Virus record (IMG/VR): IMGVR_UViG_2667527522_000007
Length of the DNA stretch: 28,944 nucleotides
Origin: a virus
Taxonomy: Duplodnaviria > Heunggongvirae > Uroviricota > Caudoviricetes
Strand: one strand, 5' to 3'
Under the pieces are notes generated by a model, which was not told the origin of the DNA, ran no database searches, and saw only the letters and a program-made list of their open reading frames with translations. Of the stretch, positions 9,056-18,252 are shown in pieces. The number at the start of each line of letters is the position of its first letter. Position 1 is the first letter of the stretch. Made by a program: the position numbers and the translations under genes.

Positions 9056-10347
9056 GCTGCCCTTACAATGTAGTTAAATGCAATGTTACGTGGCCTTGTT
9101 TCTGCTGATGTTCTTGCACTCCTGGATAAATCAAGTGTCACACCATAGTAACTAAATGCATTACCAGTTGATGGAGCGGCATATTTAACCCCAGAACTAG
9201 AACCAACATTAAAAACTCCAGATGCTGAGGAAGCTGACCCCATAGTGTTATCAATCAGAGAACCCGTAACATTTTGCATAGCGTCAAGTTGTTCGCTTAA
9301 TAAAGCGCGTCCACTATCAACATCACGCCCGTCATCCCAGCCACGAATAAATTCACCTCGTAAATCAGGCAATTTATTTGTCGGATAAGCCTTTGCCAGT
9401 TCCGGGTATTCTTCAGCAGAAAAAAACGCACCGTTGCATTTCAGCCAGCCTGTTGGCGGAGTGGTGGAAGGCCACGGAACAGGCACGCCAACGGGTAATG
9501 CCGAACCTTCTCCCAAACCAAGGTATGCGAGAAGACCAGCTACATCCTTTCCACTCAAATGAGTCAGCGTCTCATCCAGTGGCTGCTTACCTGACAGCGC
9601 ATTGTTAATGGTGGTACTGAATTTCGGGTCATTGTTAATGGCTGCGGCAATTTCTTTCAGTGTGTCCAGCGTGGCTGGCGCACCGTTAATCAGAGCGGTA
9701 ATAGCGGCCTGAACAAACGCAGTGGTCGCAATCCGCGTGGTGTTATTTCCTGCGGCAGGCGTCGGCGCTTTTGGTTCTCCGGTAAATGTCGGATTATGTT
9801 TCTGCGCATACTGGGTATGAGGATCCTGTGCGGCAATGTGGTTTCTCATCTGGTCATCCACATACAGCCTTAATTCCAGGACTTCATCATCCACGTATTT
9901 ACGGGTCGCCAGTACCACCGACGGGTCGATTTTCAGCGTGATAGCTTCGGTATTCGTGACAACCAGAATCATGCGGATAGTCTGGGTACGACCACTGCCT
10001 TCCTGCAACTGCGGTTTGTACGTTTCCGGGCAGTTCGCCACCGCAATGAGTACGCCTTCATCATCATAAAGCCCAATCTCACGGATCCAGAATCCGCCCT
10101 CGTTCTCAGGGATGATTTGCTCCGCAATAATCTGGCTCTGGTTGTTCGGGTCAACACTCAGAAGATTCAGCGGCGCGATGCGTTTCTGGTTAATCAGTTT
10201 TGTCTGTGCCGGGTCTGGTGTCGGCAAGACACCATTCGCATCACCAACGGCCATTTGCGTCAGATTCAGCTTACTGCCGAGCATCGTCGCGTTAGCCAGC
10301 CGTGCTGCGCCCTGATTAGTCAGAATGGCGTAGTATTTCACTGTCAT
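9052..10347 (-). CDS. H: Tail fibre protein H (constant N-terminal part plus variable C-terminal part inside the invertible segment)
   Basis: 431 aa; Mu S / P2 H-like N-terminus; crossover site within codons LAYLGLGEGS; C-terminal region resembles a phage tail-collar domain. Confidence 0.85.
   Translation of the reverse strand: MTVKYYAILTNQGAARLANATMLGSKLNLTQMAVGDANGVLPTPDPAQTKLINQKRIAPLNLLSVDPNNQSQIIAEQIIPENEGGFWIREIGLYDDEGVLIAVANCPETYKPQLQEGSGRTQTIRMILVVTNTEAITLKIDPSVVLATRKYVDDEVLELRLYVDDQMRNHIAAQDPHTQYAQKHNPTFTGEPKAPTPAAGNNTTRIATTAFVQAAITALINGAPATLDTLKEIAAAINNDPKFSTTINNALSGKQPLDETLTHLSGKDVAGLLAYLGLGEGSALPVGVPVPWPSTTPPTGWLKCNGAFFSAEEYPELAKAYPTNKLPDLRGEFIRGWDDGRDVDSGRALLSEQLDAMQNVTGSLIDNTMGSASSASGVFNVGSSSGVKYAAPSTGNAFSYYGVTLDLSRSARTSAETRPRNIAFNYIVRAA
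9508..9533. repeat. Invertase crossover site B (gix/hix-like), inside H
   Basis: TTCTCCCAAACCAAGGTATGCGAGAA; imperfect palindrome with AAACC-AA-GG core like gix/hix. Confidence 0.6.
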
Positions 10348-10955
10348 GCGTTTACTCTCAGGTTATCAATTAAATGAATGGCCGAGGCCGGGAAATAATC
10401 CCCTCCGACAATAATGGCCTCCGGGGTGTAGGGATAAACCGTCAGGGCGTCACCGTGATAGCATCCCGCACCGGCAAAAATGTTGCCGGTTGTACTTAAA
10501 CTGATAGCCAGTCCCGTCAGATGGCGGCTTGCCGGTTTTGCATCAGCAACTAGGCGCTCCAGCTCCTGATACATTTCTTCGGTAATACCCTGCTCAAGCA
10601 CGCCAACAACGATACGGAACGTCCCCGGCTCCTCGTTGAGCTGCCACCACTCCCTCACCTCAATCAGATAGCCGAGCGGCTCCACCACACGCCGGATTGC
10701 GCCTATAGTGCCCTTATGGCAGTGAATGAAATACGCATCGCGGATAACAGCGCGTTTTGTCGCTTCCGGCCATTTATCATCCCAGCGGTCAACCGAAAAT
10801 GACCACGCCAGCCACGGCAGCAGATTTGCCGGGCAGGTGTCCGGGTTCCACAGCTCACGAATACTGACCGGCGTTTTTTCAATTTCCGCACAGGCTTTTG
10901 CGGCGGCAACTTCAAGCAGTGATGAGCCGGTCGGCAGCAGTCGCGAATCACTCAT
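10344..10955 (-). CDS. I: Baseplate assembly protein I
   Basis: 203 aa; N-terminus MSDSRLLPTGSS...; position between J and H. Confidence 0.85.
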   Translation of the reverse strand: MSDSRLLPTGSSLLEVAAAKACAEIEKTPVSIRELWNPDTCPANLLPWLAWSFSVDRWDDKWPEATKRAVIRDAYFIHCHKGTIGAIRRVVEPLGYLIEVREWWQLNEEPGTFRIVVGVLEQGITEEMYQELERLVADAKPASRHLTGLAISLSTTGNIFAGAGCYHGDALTVYPYTPEAIIVGGDYFPASAIHLIDNLRVNA

Positions 10956-11856
10956 CCGAGCCTCCGGTCACGACGCTGTATTCGGTACAGAAAGACGCCT
11001 GCGTACTGTTGAGCACGATGTCAGCCAGCGGTGCAGCCAGTTCGACACGCTGCACACCTTCCACATGCAAAGCGGCATAAATGGCAGACAGACGGATATC
11101 GCGCCCCAGCCGGTGCTGTGCCGTGATATACGCTTCCAGTTTTTTCACGGCGGCAGCGCGGATGGGTTCGCTTTCGGGACCAGGGTAAAGGTAAAGCGTG
11201 GCGTTTATCTGGTATTCAACGATGGCGGCAGACTGCACGGTCACGCGGTCGGCCACCGGCCTGACGTCCTCGCCATTCAGGGCGTTACGCACCACGGCCA
11301 GCAGGTCTTCGGATGCGACACCGTTATTTTCACGTGACAGCACAGAGATAGTGACGCAGGCCGGAGACGGACTGGTGACAGAAATATCCGCGACACGCCC
11401 GTCGGCACTGCGGCCATGATACTGATAGGCACCCACCGACCCGGCGACGCTTAAACCTTCAAACGCCTGCTGAATACGCAGACGATAATCGGTGTCAGAC
11501 TCCATCACTGCCGGTGTCGGCGGGATGGTCGAATCATCTGCCGGGGTGATAGTCAGGCGCGTGGTGTTGTAATTGGCACCAATCACATCAAGGTCATTAC
11601 CGGCGGCACAGGCCAGCATCACCGCCCGTGCGGCCTCATTCACACGCTGACGCCAGATAAGCTCACGATAAGCATTTTCCTCCAGCAGTTTGACGAGAGG
11701 CTCAGATTCCAGCGTCAGGGTACGGGCGACCGCCTCCTGCTGGTCTTCCGGGTAAAGGGAAATCAGTGTCGCCTTGCGTTCGGCAAGAATGGTTTCAAAG
11801 TCCAGCTCCTCGACCACATCCGGTGCGGGTAGCTGGTTCAGGTCGATAATCGGCAT
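10948..11856 (-). CDS. J: Baseplate protein J
   Basis: 302 aa, same length as P2 gpJ; synteny. Confidence 0.85.
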   Translation of the reverse strand: MPIIDLNQLPAPDVVEELDFETILAERKATLISLYPEDQQEAVARTLTLESEPLVKLLEENAYRELIWRQRVNEAARAVMLACAAGNDLDVIGANYNTTRLTITPADDSTIPPTPAVMESDTDYRLRIQQAFEGLSVAGSVGAYQYHGRSADGRVADISVTSPSPACVTISVLSRENNGVASEDLLAVVRNALNGEDVRPVADRVTVQSAAIVEYQINATLYLYPGPESEPIRAAAVKKLEAYITAQHRLGRDIRLSAIYAALHVEGVQRVELAAPLADIVLNSTQASFCTEYSVVTGGSDE

Positions 11857-11860
11857 GGTT

Positions 11861-12208
11861 TCAACTCACAGGGATGGTTAACGAAAGTGGCTGGCCGGTG
11901 TCGTTGTGCTGACCGGTTAACGTGACCGTCATTCGCCCGTCAAAACTGCGCGCCGTGGTGACGGATGACAGGGTGACGCGGGGTTCCCATTTCAGCACTG
12001 CCATGTAACAGGCGACCTTAATCTGCAACTCAAGCGCCGGAGTCTGCGGCTGGTCAATCATTGACGCCAGCAACGAGCCGTAATCACGACGCATCACCCG
12101 TGAGCCGACCGGTGTGCGCAGGATATCGCCGATACTCTGGCTGATATGCTCAAGGTCAGTGACCGTCAGGCCATCACTGCGATTCATTCCGAGATAACGC
12201 GCTGTCAT
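11861..12208 (-). CDS. W: Baseplate wedge protein W
   Basis: 115 aa; synteny V-W-J. Confidence 0.85.
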   Translation of the reverse strand: MTARYLGMNRSDGLTVTDLEHISQSIGDILRTPVGSRVMRRDYGSLLASMIDQPQTPALELQIKVACYMAVLKWEPRVTLSSVTTARSFDGRMTVTLTGQHNDTGQPLSLTIPVS

Positions 12209-12840
12209 AAAGGACTCCCGGTTGTGCCGCCGCTGTCGCCGGGGTGTTTGTGGGTATGCAGTACCTTACCGTTTGATGAGAGTTCACCGCCGGTGTGTTC
12301 AATGTTGCCGCGCATCGTCCCGCCCTTCTGCACTTCCAGCGTGCCGGTAGTCAGTTTGTTAGTGCAGACCACTTCCGGTGTGTCCAGAGTGACACGGGTT
12401 GACGATTTCACCGTGACCACCGGTACCGTGGCAGTAACAGAATCAGAAGCCGTCACGCTGGCCGTTTTAATTCCGCTTACCGTGAGTGCACTGGTTTCGG
12501 GTTCATATTCAATCACCGCCCCGTCAGGGAAACGGATATGCAGGGCATCCGCCGACGCAGACGGCGCGGGGTTATCGCCGGAATAAATCCCCGGCAGAAC
12601 GAACGCCGTGTCGAGTTCACCGCCCACGGCCAGAATCAGCACCTGTTCCCCCACGGAAGGTGCCCACCATGTGCGCGAACGTCCGGCGCGATGGGTCAGC
12701 CACTGAAGCCAGTCGGTGCACATGCCGCCGGTCTGCACACGGCAGCGACCGGCGTTAAGGTCGGTTTCGACGATAATGCCGGTGCGGATCATGTTGCGCA
12801 GTGCGCGCGCGAGTTCCTGAATATTTGCGAGAGTGTTCAT
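12205..12840 (-). CDS. V: Baseplate spike/hub protein V
   Basis: 211 aa; first gene of the V-W-J-I-H-G operon. Confidence 0.85.
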   Translation of the reverse strand: MNTLANIQELARALRNMIRTGIIVETDLNAGRCRVQTGGMCTDWLQWLTHRAGRSRTWWAPSVGEQVLILAVGGELDTAFVLPGIYSGDNPAPSASADALHIRFPDGAVIEYEPETSALTVSGIKTASVTASDSVTATVPVVTVKSSTRVTLDTPEVVCTNKLTTGTLEVQKGGTMRGNIEHTGGELSSNGKVLHTHKHPGDSGGTTGSPL

Positions 12841-12906
12841 AACGGGAAGGATGCCGCCGGGTCATACCGGCGGCAATGTGACGATGAGGTGTCTGGAATG
12901 GCACAA

Positions 12907-13359
12907 CTAACGGTCGAGGTGAGCCAGGATAATCTCTTCAATCATCTGCACATCCTCACCGGTAAAGCCGAGCAGAGGACGCGCCGGATAATCAATTTTC
13001 TTACCGTCCTTCCGGTTTTCTTCCGACAGACCAAACTGATGCACACTGGCGATTTTCGGTGACTTTCCGCCGTAAAACTCCATTGATGCCTGTTCAGGGC
13101 TGGCGCGGATATGCAAAAAACGACTGGTGATAAGTTTCGCAAACATTTTTCGCTTAACGCGACCGGTCTTTTTTCTGGCGCTCTGCTGCTGACGTGGCGC
13201 GTAGGGTGTGCCGTCCGGGGCTTTCTGTGCCATCACCCGACGCTGCTGACTCTGACGCAGACGTTTCGCCAGTTCGGCACTCAGTCGCCGACGCCCTGAC
13301 GGTGACAGCGATTCAATCAGTCCGGTCAGCCGGTCTTCAAAACGCTTAAACTCATTCAT
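12907..13359 (-). CDS. S: Tail completion protein S
   Basis: 150 aa; follows R. Confidence 0.8.
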   Translation of the reverse strand: MNEFKRFEDRLTGLIESLSPSGRRRLSAELAKRLRQSQQRRVMAQKAPDGTPYAPRQQQSARKKTGRVKRKMFAKLITSRFLHIRASPEQASMEFYGGKSPKIASVHQFGLSEENRKDGKKIDYPARPLLGFTGEDVQMIEEIILAHLDR

Positions 13360-13819
13360 CCCACTTGCTCACCAGTTCGCCATTGATATAAAGCTCCACC
13401 GGGCGGGTGACCGGCTCCGGCGGCGGGGGTTCCGGGATATTCTTCACATGCAGCGCACCATCAACCTCGCTGACCAGCGTGCGCTCGGTCAGCATCAGAC
13501 TGATGCTGATATCAAAGCTGCTGTCATTGTTGATGTCTGCATAAAACGTGAAGCCCTTTTTCTGGCCTTCGTCGGTGGTCATGATGTCGGGCTGATTTTC
13601 CCGCAGCCACGCCAGCACCGGCACGATGAGCAGGTCAAAATCACCGGTAAAGTCGGTCACAATCACATTGAGCGTGTAACGCTTTTCGAACGACAGCGAC
13701 GTCGCCAGCGTGGAGGCAATACTCCCGTTATCCACGAATATCCGAAGCATCTCTGGACTGGTTTTCAGCACCGTGACGGCATCAGTCAGCGCCCTGCGCA
13801 GGCTGTCGGGTTTGAGCAT
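13352..13819 (-). CDS. R: Tail completion protein R
   Basis: 155 aa; overlaps S start. Confidence 0.8.
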   Translation of the reverse strand: MLKPDSLRRALTDAVTVLKTSPEMLRIFVDNGSIASTLATSLSFEKRYTLNVIVTDFTGDFDLLIVPVLAWLRENQPDIMTTDEGQKKGFTFYADINNDSSFDISISLMLTERTLVSEVDGALHVKNIPEPPPPEPVTRPVELYINGELVSKWDE

Positions 13820-14072
13820 CGTTTTCGTCCTGACAGTGTTTAATCATTTTTACCTGGCTGGCACAGCGTGCCAGCGCGTTCTCAAGCTGCCGGATATCGG
13901 CACTTAAATCGCCGTTCGTCTGCGGATCACTGCCCGGCATCGGGCAAAGGCTCACTTTCGGGCAGGCGTTGGCGACAATCACTGGCGTCGGTGCATGCGG
14001 GGCGCTGGTGCAACCGGCGCACAGCATCAGGCAGGTCAGCACCATACCAGCGGCGAAAATCTTCGTTTTCAT
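13782..14072 (-). CDS. lysC: LysC, outer-membrane lipoprotein spanin (Rz1-like), embedded out of frame in lysB
   Basis: Internal start MKTKIFAAGMVLTCLMLCAGC with lipobox Cys and GAGG RBS 7 nt upstream; Pro-rich mature part; extends past the lysB stop. Confidence 0.65.
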   Translation of the reverse strand: MKTKIFAAGMVLTCLMLCAGCTSAPHAPTPVIVANACPKVSLCPMPGSDPQTNGDLSADIRQLENALARCASQVKMIKHCQDENDAQTRQPAQGAD

Positions 14073-14352
14073 TGAGTAACCTCGTGATGGTTTTCTCGCG
14101 CTGTGCTTCACGCTTCGCGGCGTTCTCCAGTTCCTGACGCAGTGCCACCTGCGCCAGCTCGTTTTTGTCTGCCCTTGAGAGGGCAACATGAAGCTGATTT
14201 TTCAGCATGGAGATAGTCGCCTGCTGTTCACTGGCGACGTTGTTCGCCCTGTCCAGTGAGGCGCGCAGTCTGGCGTTTTCATGCTTCGCCAGAAACAGCC
14301 CCGCCACCGCCAGCGATAACAACACGACCAGTGCAATCATCAGCTTTGACAT
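13927..14352 (-). CDS. lysB: LysB, inner-membrane spanin (Rz-like)
   Basis: 141 aa; N-terminal TM helix then coiled-coil; position after lysA. Confidence 0.75.
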   Translation of the reverse strand: MSKLMIALVVLLSLAVAGLFLAKHENARLRASLDRANNVASEQQATISMLKNQLHVALSRADKNELAQVALRQELENAAKREAQREKTITRLLNENEDFRRWYGADLPDAVRRLHQRPACTDASDCRQRLPESEPLPDAGQ

Positions 14353-14765
14353 AGTTCCCGCCCCTCAAGACGCTGACGGCAGGCCGTGCGTATCAGCCGG
14401 AAAAACAGCGACGCCACGAGATAAATCAGCGCAGTAAAAATCCACCCGGCAGCGACCAGCGAGATAAACGTCGCCACCATCACTACCAGAGCCGCCGCCC
14501 GTCTGCGCCACGGCACCGGCTGCAAAAACAGCGACGTGACAATCTTCACGGCCAGCGATTCCGGCGGCAGCTCCCGCCCGTAGCGTTCCAGTACATACTC
14601 CGTGGCATACACGCCGACACCACCGGCAACCACACAGATAACCGTCGCCATAATCGCCCAGGCGGCGACAAAATTAACGGCCACGCTCTGCGGGTAAATC
14701 AGGGACAGTGCCAGCATCAGCGCCAGCGACACGTTCAGCGTCAGTGAAAGGGATAATTTCTTCAT
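14340..14765 (-). CDS. lysA: LysA, membrane protein of the lysis cassette
   Basis: 141 aa with multiple hydrophobic helices; between K and lysB. Confidence 0.7.
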   Translation of the reverse strand: MKKLSLSLTLNVSLALMLALSLIYPQSVAVNFVAAWAIMATVICVVAGGVGVYATEYVLERYGRELPPESLAVKIVTSLFLQPVPWRRRAAALVVMVATFISLVAAGWIFTALIYLVASLFFRLIRTACRQRLEGRELCQS

Positions 14766-14779
14766 GGTGTTTACTCCGT

Positions 14780-15277
14780 TTAAGCCGGTACGCCGCCGGC
14801 GGTACGCCAGACGGTGACCAGTTTTTCCAGTGAATGCTCACGCTGACCGTAACCGGCACCCGGCAGGGACGCCCAGATATTGCGACAGCGTGAAATGGCG
14901 CGCTCAATGCGCCCCGCCCGGATGTCATCCAGCGCACCGCGTTCGCGGATCAACTGAATGGCGAGTCTGTCCTGTGACAACGGACTGAAATCCGGCAGGG
15001 CAAGCTGTTTGCGGTAATGCGGCCAGAACAGGTAAAGCTGCTGATAGCGACCGGAGGCCGTGGATTTTTCACCGCGACGGTTAAACACCTTCGCCGGTCG
15101 GCCATGCGCGAACGGGTGGTCACTGTAGTCGGTGAAAATTTCCGGCTTCCCGTCCAGTCCGGTGACTATCACGTCATAGCCCCGGTTTTTCGTCAGCGGA
15201 TGATTCGCCGTCCCTTCGGACACGGCCAGCATGTCGAGAAAGGCGGCGATATTCTGGTGCGTGTTAATTACCGGCAT
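14780..15277 (-). CDS. K: Endolysin K (lysozyme)
   Basis: 165 aa, MPVINTHQNIAAFLDMLAVSEGT... lysozyme-like; holin immediately upstream. Confidence 0.85.
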   Translation of the reverse strand: MPVINTHQNIAAFLDMLAVSEGTANHPLTKNRGYDVIVTGLDGKPEIFTDYSDHPFAHGRPAKVFNRRGEKSTASGRYQQLYLFWPHYRKQLALPDFSPLSQDRLAIQLIRERGALDDIRAGRIERAISRCRNIWASLPGAGYGQREHSLEKLVTVWRTAGGVPA

Positions 15278-15558
15278 TACGGTTTCCCCCTGCCCTTAAA
15301 ACGGCGCTGAATGGCAATCTCAATCACCTGATAACCGGCGATACCCAGCATGGAGCCGATGCCGCACACCGCAGGCAGTGACAGGTCAGGAAACTGCACC
15401 AGAACAACACCGGCAACCATCGAGACAAAACCACCGAGCAACATGCGCCCGATAAACAGACGCGGGGTGATGGGTTCACCACCGGCAAGCACCTTGCCGA
15501 CAACAATCAGCACCCCAATCATGAAAAGCGACAGGACGCTTTTTTCTTCTGCTGTCAT
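15277..15558 (-). CDS. Y: Holin Y
   Basis: 93 aa with hydrophobic helices and charged C-terminus; start/stop overlap with K. Confidence 0.8.
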   Translation of the reverse strand: MTAEEKSVLSLFMIGVLIVVGKVLAGGEPITPRLFIGRMLLGGFVSMVAGVVLVQFPDLSLPAVCGIGSMLGIAGYQVIEIAIQRRFKGRGKP

Positions 15559-15561
15559 GCG

Positions 15562-15765
15562 TTACTCCCACAGATTGACAGTTTCAGCCACGGGCGCGGT
15601 CTGAACGTCGGGCAGTTCGACGGCGGTGCCGTGTGGCAGCACCGCACCCAGTTCAGACAGTCCCGGATTTGCGGCGAGCACGGTCTCAACCACGCCCTCA
15701 GTGCGCCCGTAATACCGGACACAAATGGCGTCGAGCGTGTCGCCCTGTAGCGCAAAGGTCTTCAT
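15562..15765 (-). CDS. X: Tail protein X (67 aa; the track ORF is N-terminally extended)
   Basis: Start at MKTFALQGDTLDAICVRYYG overlaps the L stop (ATGA); LysM-like motif. Confidence 0.75.
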   Translation of the reverse strand: MKTFALQGDTLDAICVRYYGRTEGVVETVLAANPGLSELGAVLPHGTAVELPDVQTAPVAETVNLWE

Positions 15766-16274
15766 CAGATTTGACTCACGATGCAGCGCGGCTTGTCCTG
15801 GATACGCGCCACCGCCCAGCGCATATCCCGCCACAGCTCATCAATGGTGCTGTCTATGCTGTCGGCCTTTTTGTCGCCTTTCGCACTGGCATCCACGCCG
15901 CGATAACGCTCATAAAGCGACGCGGTCGCCATCGCACACACGGCGCGCTCGTAGTAAAAAACCTTGATGCTTTCACCGTCGATGTCGTCCGCCGGGACGT
16001 CCGCCAGACGCGTAAAACCGGCGGCAATTTTCTGTTCGCGGTACTCGTACAGCTCCGCATTCGTCTCCGCCATGCCTGACTTGATGGCCTCACGCAGACG
16101 GGCGGGGGCGACGGTCTGCTCAAGGCGCATACGTTCCCGGACGCGCTTCGGGTCGATATCGGGAAAAAAGAACGTGTTTTTAATCACCGGCTCGTCGCCT
16201 GCCGGTTGCGGGATGACCACCGTACCCTCACCGGACACGGGAGCCTCCTTTCGCGGAATAATCAGCGTCATCAT
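15765..16274 (-). CDS. L: Head completion/stabilisation protein L
   Basis: Start chosen at MMTLIIPRKEA with GAGG RBS 6 nt upstream; 169 aa. Confidence 0.8.
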   Translation of the reverse strand: MMTLIIPRKEAPVSGEGTVVIPQPAGDEPVIKNTFFFPDIDPKRVRERMRLEQTVAPARLREAIKSGMAETNAELYEYREQKIAAGFTRLADVPADDIDGESIKVFYYERAVCAMATASLYERYRGVDASAKGDKKADSIDSTIDELWRDMRWAVARIQDKPRCIVSQI

Positions 16275-16373
16275 GACTACCTCTGAAAAGTCGGGCGGTG
16301 GACGCCGGTACAGCGTCAGGTGATTCACCCTCACTGACCGGCGTGCCGCCCTGGCGCGGGGCGCATTCGGTTG

Positions 16374-17117
16374 TTAACTGGCTTTCTTTTTCGGGCGTCC
16401 ACGTTTTGCCGGTGTCACGCTCCGGGTCTTACGCGGGGTACGGGTGGCCGCTTTGGGCTGCGGCTCCGGCTTCGGTTTCAGCTCCCGCTCCAGTCGTTCA
16501 ATCTCTTTTTTGACGCCTGCCTGACAGTCGAGCTGTGTCGCACGTTGCAGGTGAGCCAGCGCACCGGCGGCATCACCACCGTCACGCAGAAACAGACCGG
16601 TGATTTTGTGCAGCTTTGCGCGCACTTCATCAGGCATGTCAGCCGTGGCGGTCAGTTCAAGGGTCTCCGTCAGCAGGCGGGTATCCACAGACTCACCGGC
16701 AGCGTGAGCACGCATGGCCGCAAGCGCCACCTCCTCGGTGAACATGTACGGCGGGGTGCGGCGGTGTTTACCCGGCATGGTCAGACCGTACTTCAGGGCA
16801 TAACGGGCAATCTCCAGCGCACCGGCAATATCGCCGGTATCCAGACGCCACAGCATGACCGTCATCAGAATGTCATCCTGTGCACCTTTGCCCTGCTCCA
16901 GCACGCCGTTCACCCACGGCAACCAGAACGGCAGCAGTTCGCGTTTTTTCGCGGCCTTAAGCTCTTTTGAATAAATCGCTTTCAGTGTGCGCTGGTCTGC
17001 GGCGAGCTTAACCAGCATCTGCTCATAGACAGTTGCATGTCGCAGCGGGGCGGCTTCCCGCTGCGCGGTCATCGCTGCCGAGACCCGCATCATGTGGCGC
17101 TGTGCGGGACTCGTCAT
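16374..17117 (-). CDS. M: Terminase small subunit M
   Basis: 247 aa, basic Lys/Arg-rich C-terminus; position N-M-L. Confidence 0.85.
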   Translation of the reverse strand: MTSPAQRHMMRVSAAMTAQREAAPLRHATVYEQMLVKLAADQRTLKAIYSKELKAAKKRELLPFWLPWVNGVLEQGKGAQDDILMTVMLWRLDTGDIAGALEIARYALKYGLTMPGKHRRTPPYMFTEEVALAAMRAHAAGESVDTRLLTETLELTATADMPDEVRAKLHKITGLFLRDGGDAAGALAHLQRATQLDCQAGVKKEIERLERELKPKPEPQPKAATRTPRKTRSVTPAKRGRPKKKAS

Positions 17118-17120
17118 CGG

Positions 17121-18194
17121 TTACGCTCCCGGCTCTGCGGTCGCCTTAGCCGGTGTGGAGAAATCACCGACCTTGATTTTTTCCACCAGACAACCGGCGG
17201 CGTAGTCTTCCACCACGTAATCAATGTTCATTGACTCGTAGTTCTCCACGCGGTCGAGTTTCGGGTTTTCCTCAATCACGCGGCGATGGCTGTCATCCAT
17301 GTAGTAGATGGACAGGTTTTCCAGCTTCGTGATGAGCATCGCATCCGCCGGGAAGTACGGGACGCGTACCGCCGGCAGGTTACCGATGCGTTTCTGGCTG
17401 ATGATGACGTCAGCGGCCAGCATTTCGCTGTTGTCCTGCTCCTTATTGACGATGGGGAAATACTTGTCCGCCAGTAGCTGACGCCCCACAATCACCACAA
17501 GGTCAGGGTCTTCCTGATACCAAGGTTCAATCAGGTTGTTGGTCGCATCCATCACCAGTGCGTCAAGGCTGGCATAATCACCGCCCTTACCCACGCGGAT
17601 AACCTCAGAGGTGGTGTGCCCTTCCTCGTCAGTGACCTTGCTCATCACGCGCGCCGGGGCTTCATTGCGGTATTTCTGCAGCCAGCCGACCGCCACATCC
17701 TGCAGCATCGGGTTACTGCTGCGGTCAGAGGTTTCGGCACGCCTCACGCCGTTAAAACCGGCCATGATTAAATCAAGGGACTGGCGTTTGATAATGGCGT
17801 TACGGACACGGAGCTGGAAATCCTGATAACGCGCCCACAGGTCCAGCGTTTTGTAGCGGATATAAAAATCGAAGTTAATCTGGTCGCATTCGTACTTGTT
17901 TGACGCCAGCTTCGAGAAGTCCTTCGGCTGACGCTCGGTGCCACCGGCGGTGTCGGTGGTGCTGGCGATGGAGCCGGTGACACCAATACCAATTTTTTCC
18001 CCTTTCATTTCGCTGACCGGCACAATGTTGATGCGGGTCAGAAAGTCAGAGGACTCCTGCATGGTGTTCATCAGGGTCTGGGTGACCGACGGTTCAACGG
18101 TGAATTTTTTCGACACATCACCGGCGTCGATGCCGTTCAGTTCGGCAACACGGGACAGGTAGGCATTAAATTTAAAGCGGGTTTCCTGGCGCAT
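17121..18194 (-). CDS. N: Major capsid protein N
   Basis: 357 aa; between scaffold and terminase small subunit. Confidence 0.9.
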   Translation of the reverse strand: MRQETRFKFNAYLSRVAELNGIDAGDVSKKFTVEPSVTQTLMNTMQESSDFLTRINIVPVSEMKGEKIGIGVTGSIASTTDTAGGTERQPKDFSKLASNKYECDQINFDFYIRYKTLDLWARYQDFQLRVRNAIIKRQSLDLIMAGFNGVRRAETSDRSSNPMLQDVAVGWLQKYRNEAPARVMSKVTDEEGHTTSEVIRVGKGGDYASLDALVMDATNNLIEPWYQEDPDLVVIVGRQLLADKYFPIVNKEQDNSEMLAADVIISQKRIGNLPAVRVPYFPADAMLITKLENLSIYYMDDSHRRVIEENPKLDRVENYESMNIDYVVEDYAAGCLVEKIKVGDFSTPAKATAEPGA

Positions 18195-18252
18195 AGTTTT
18201 TCCTGAAATTAAGGGTTAATCGTGAAGGTTTTCCCGGACTGGCTGACGCCGG

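Larger units (their letters stand above)
7696..9520. mobile_element. Invertible tail-fibre segment (G-segment-like host-range switch), about 1.8 kb
   Basis: Bounded by inverted crossover sites; holds two convergent fibre-tip/assembly gene pairs; inversion would fuse H in-frame to the alternative C-terminus. Confidence 0.6.

Noticed and set aside
13782-14189. Full 135-aa track ORF as the lysC product
   Set aside because: The N-terminal 39 residues lack a start context; the lipoprotein signal begins at the internal Met (14072) with its own RBS.
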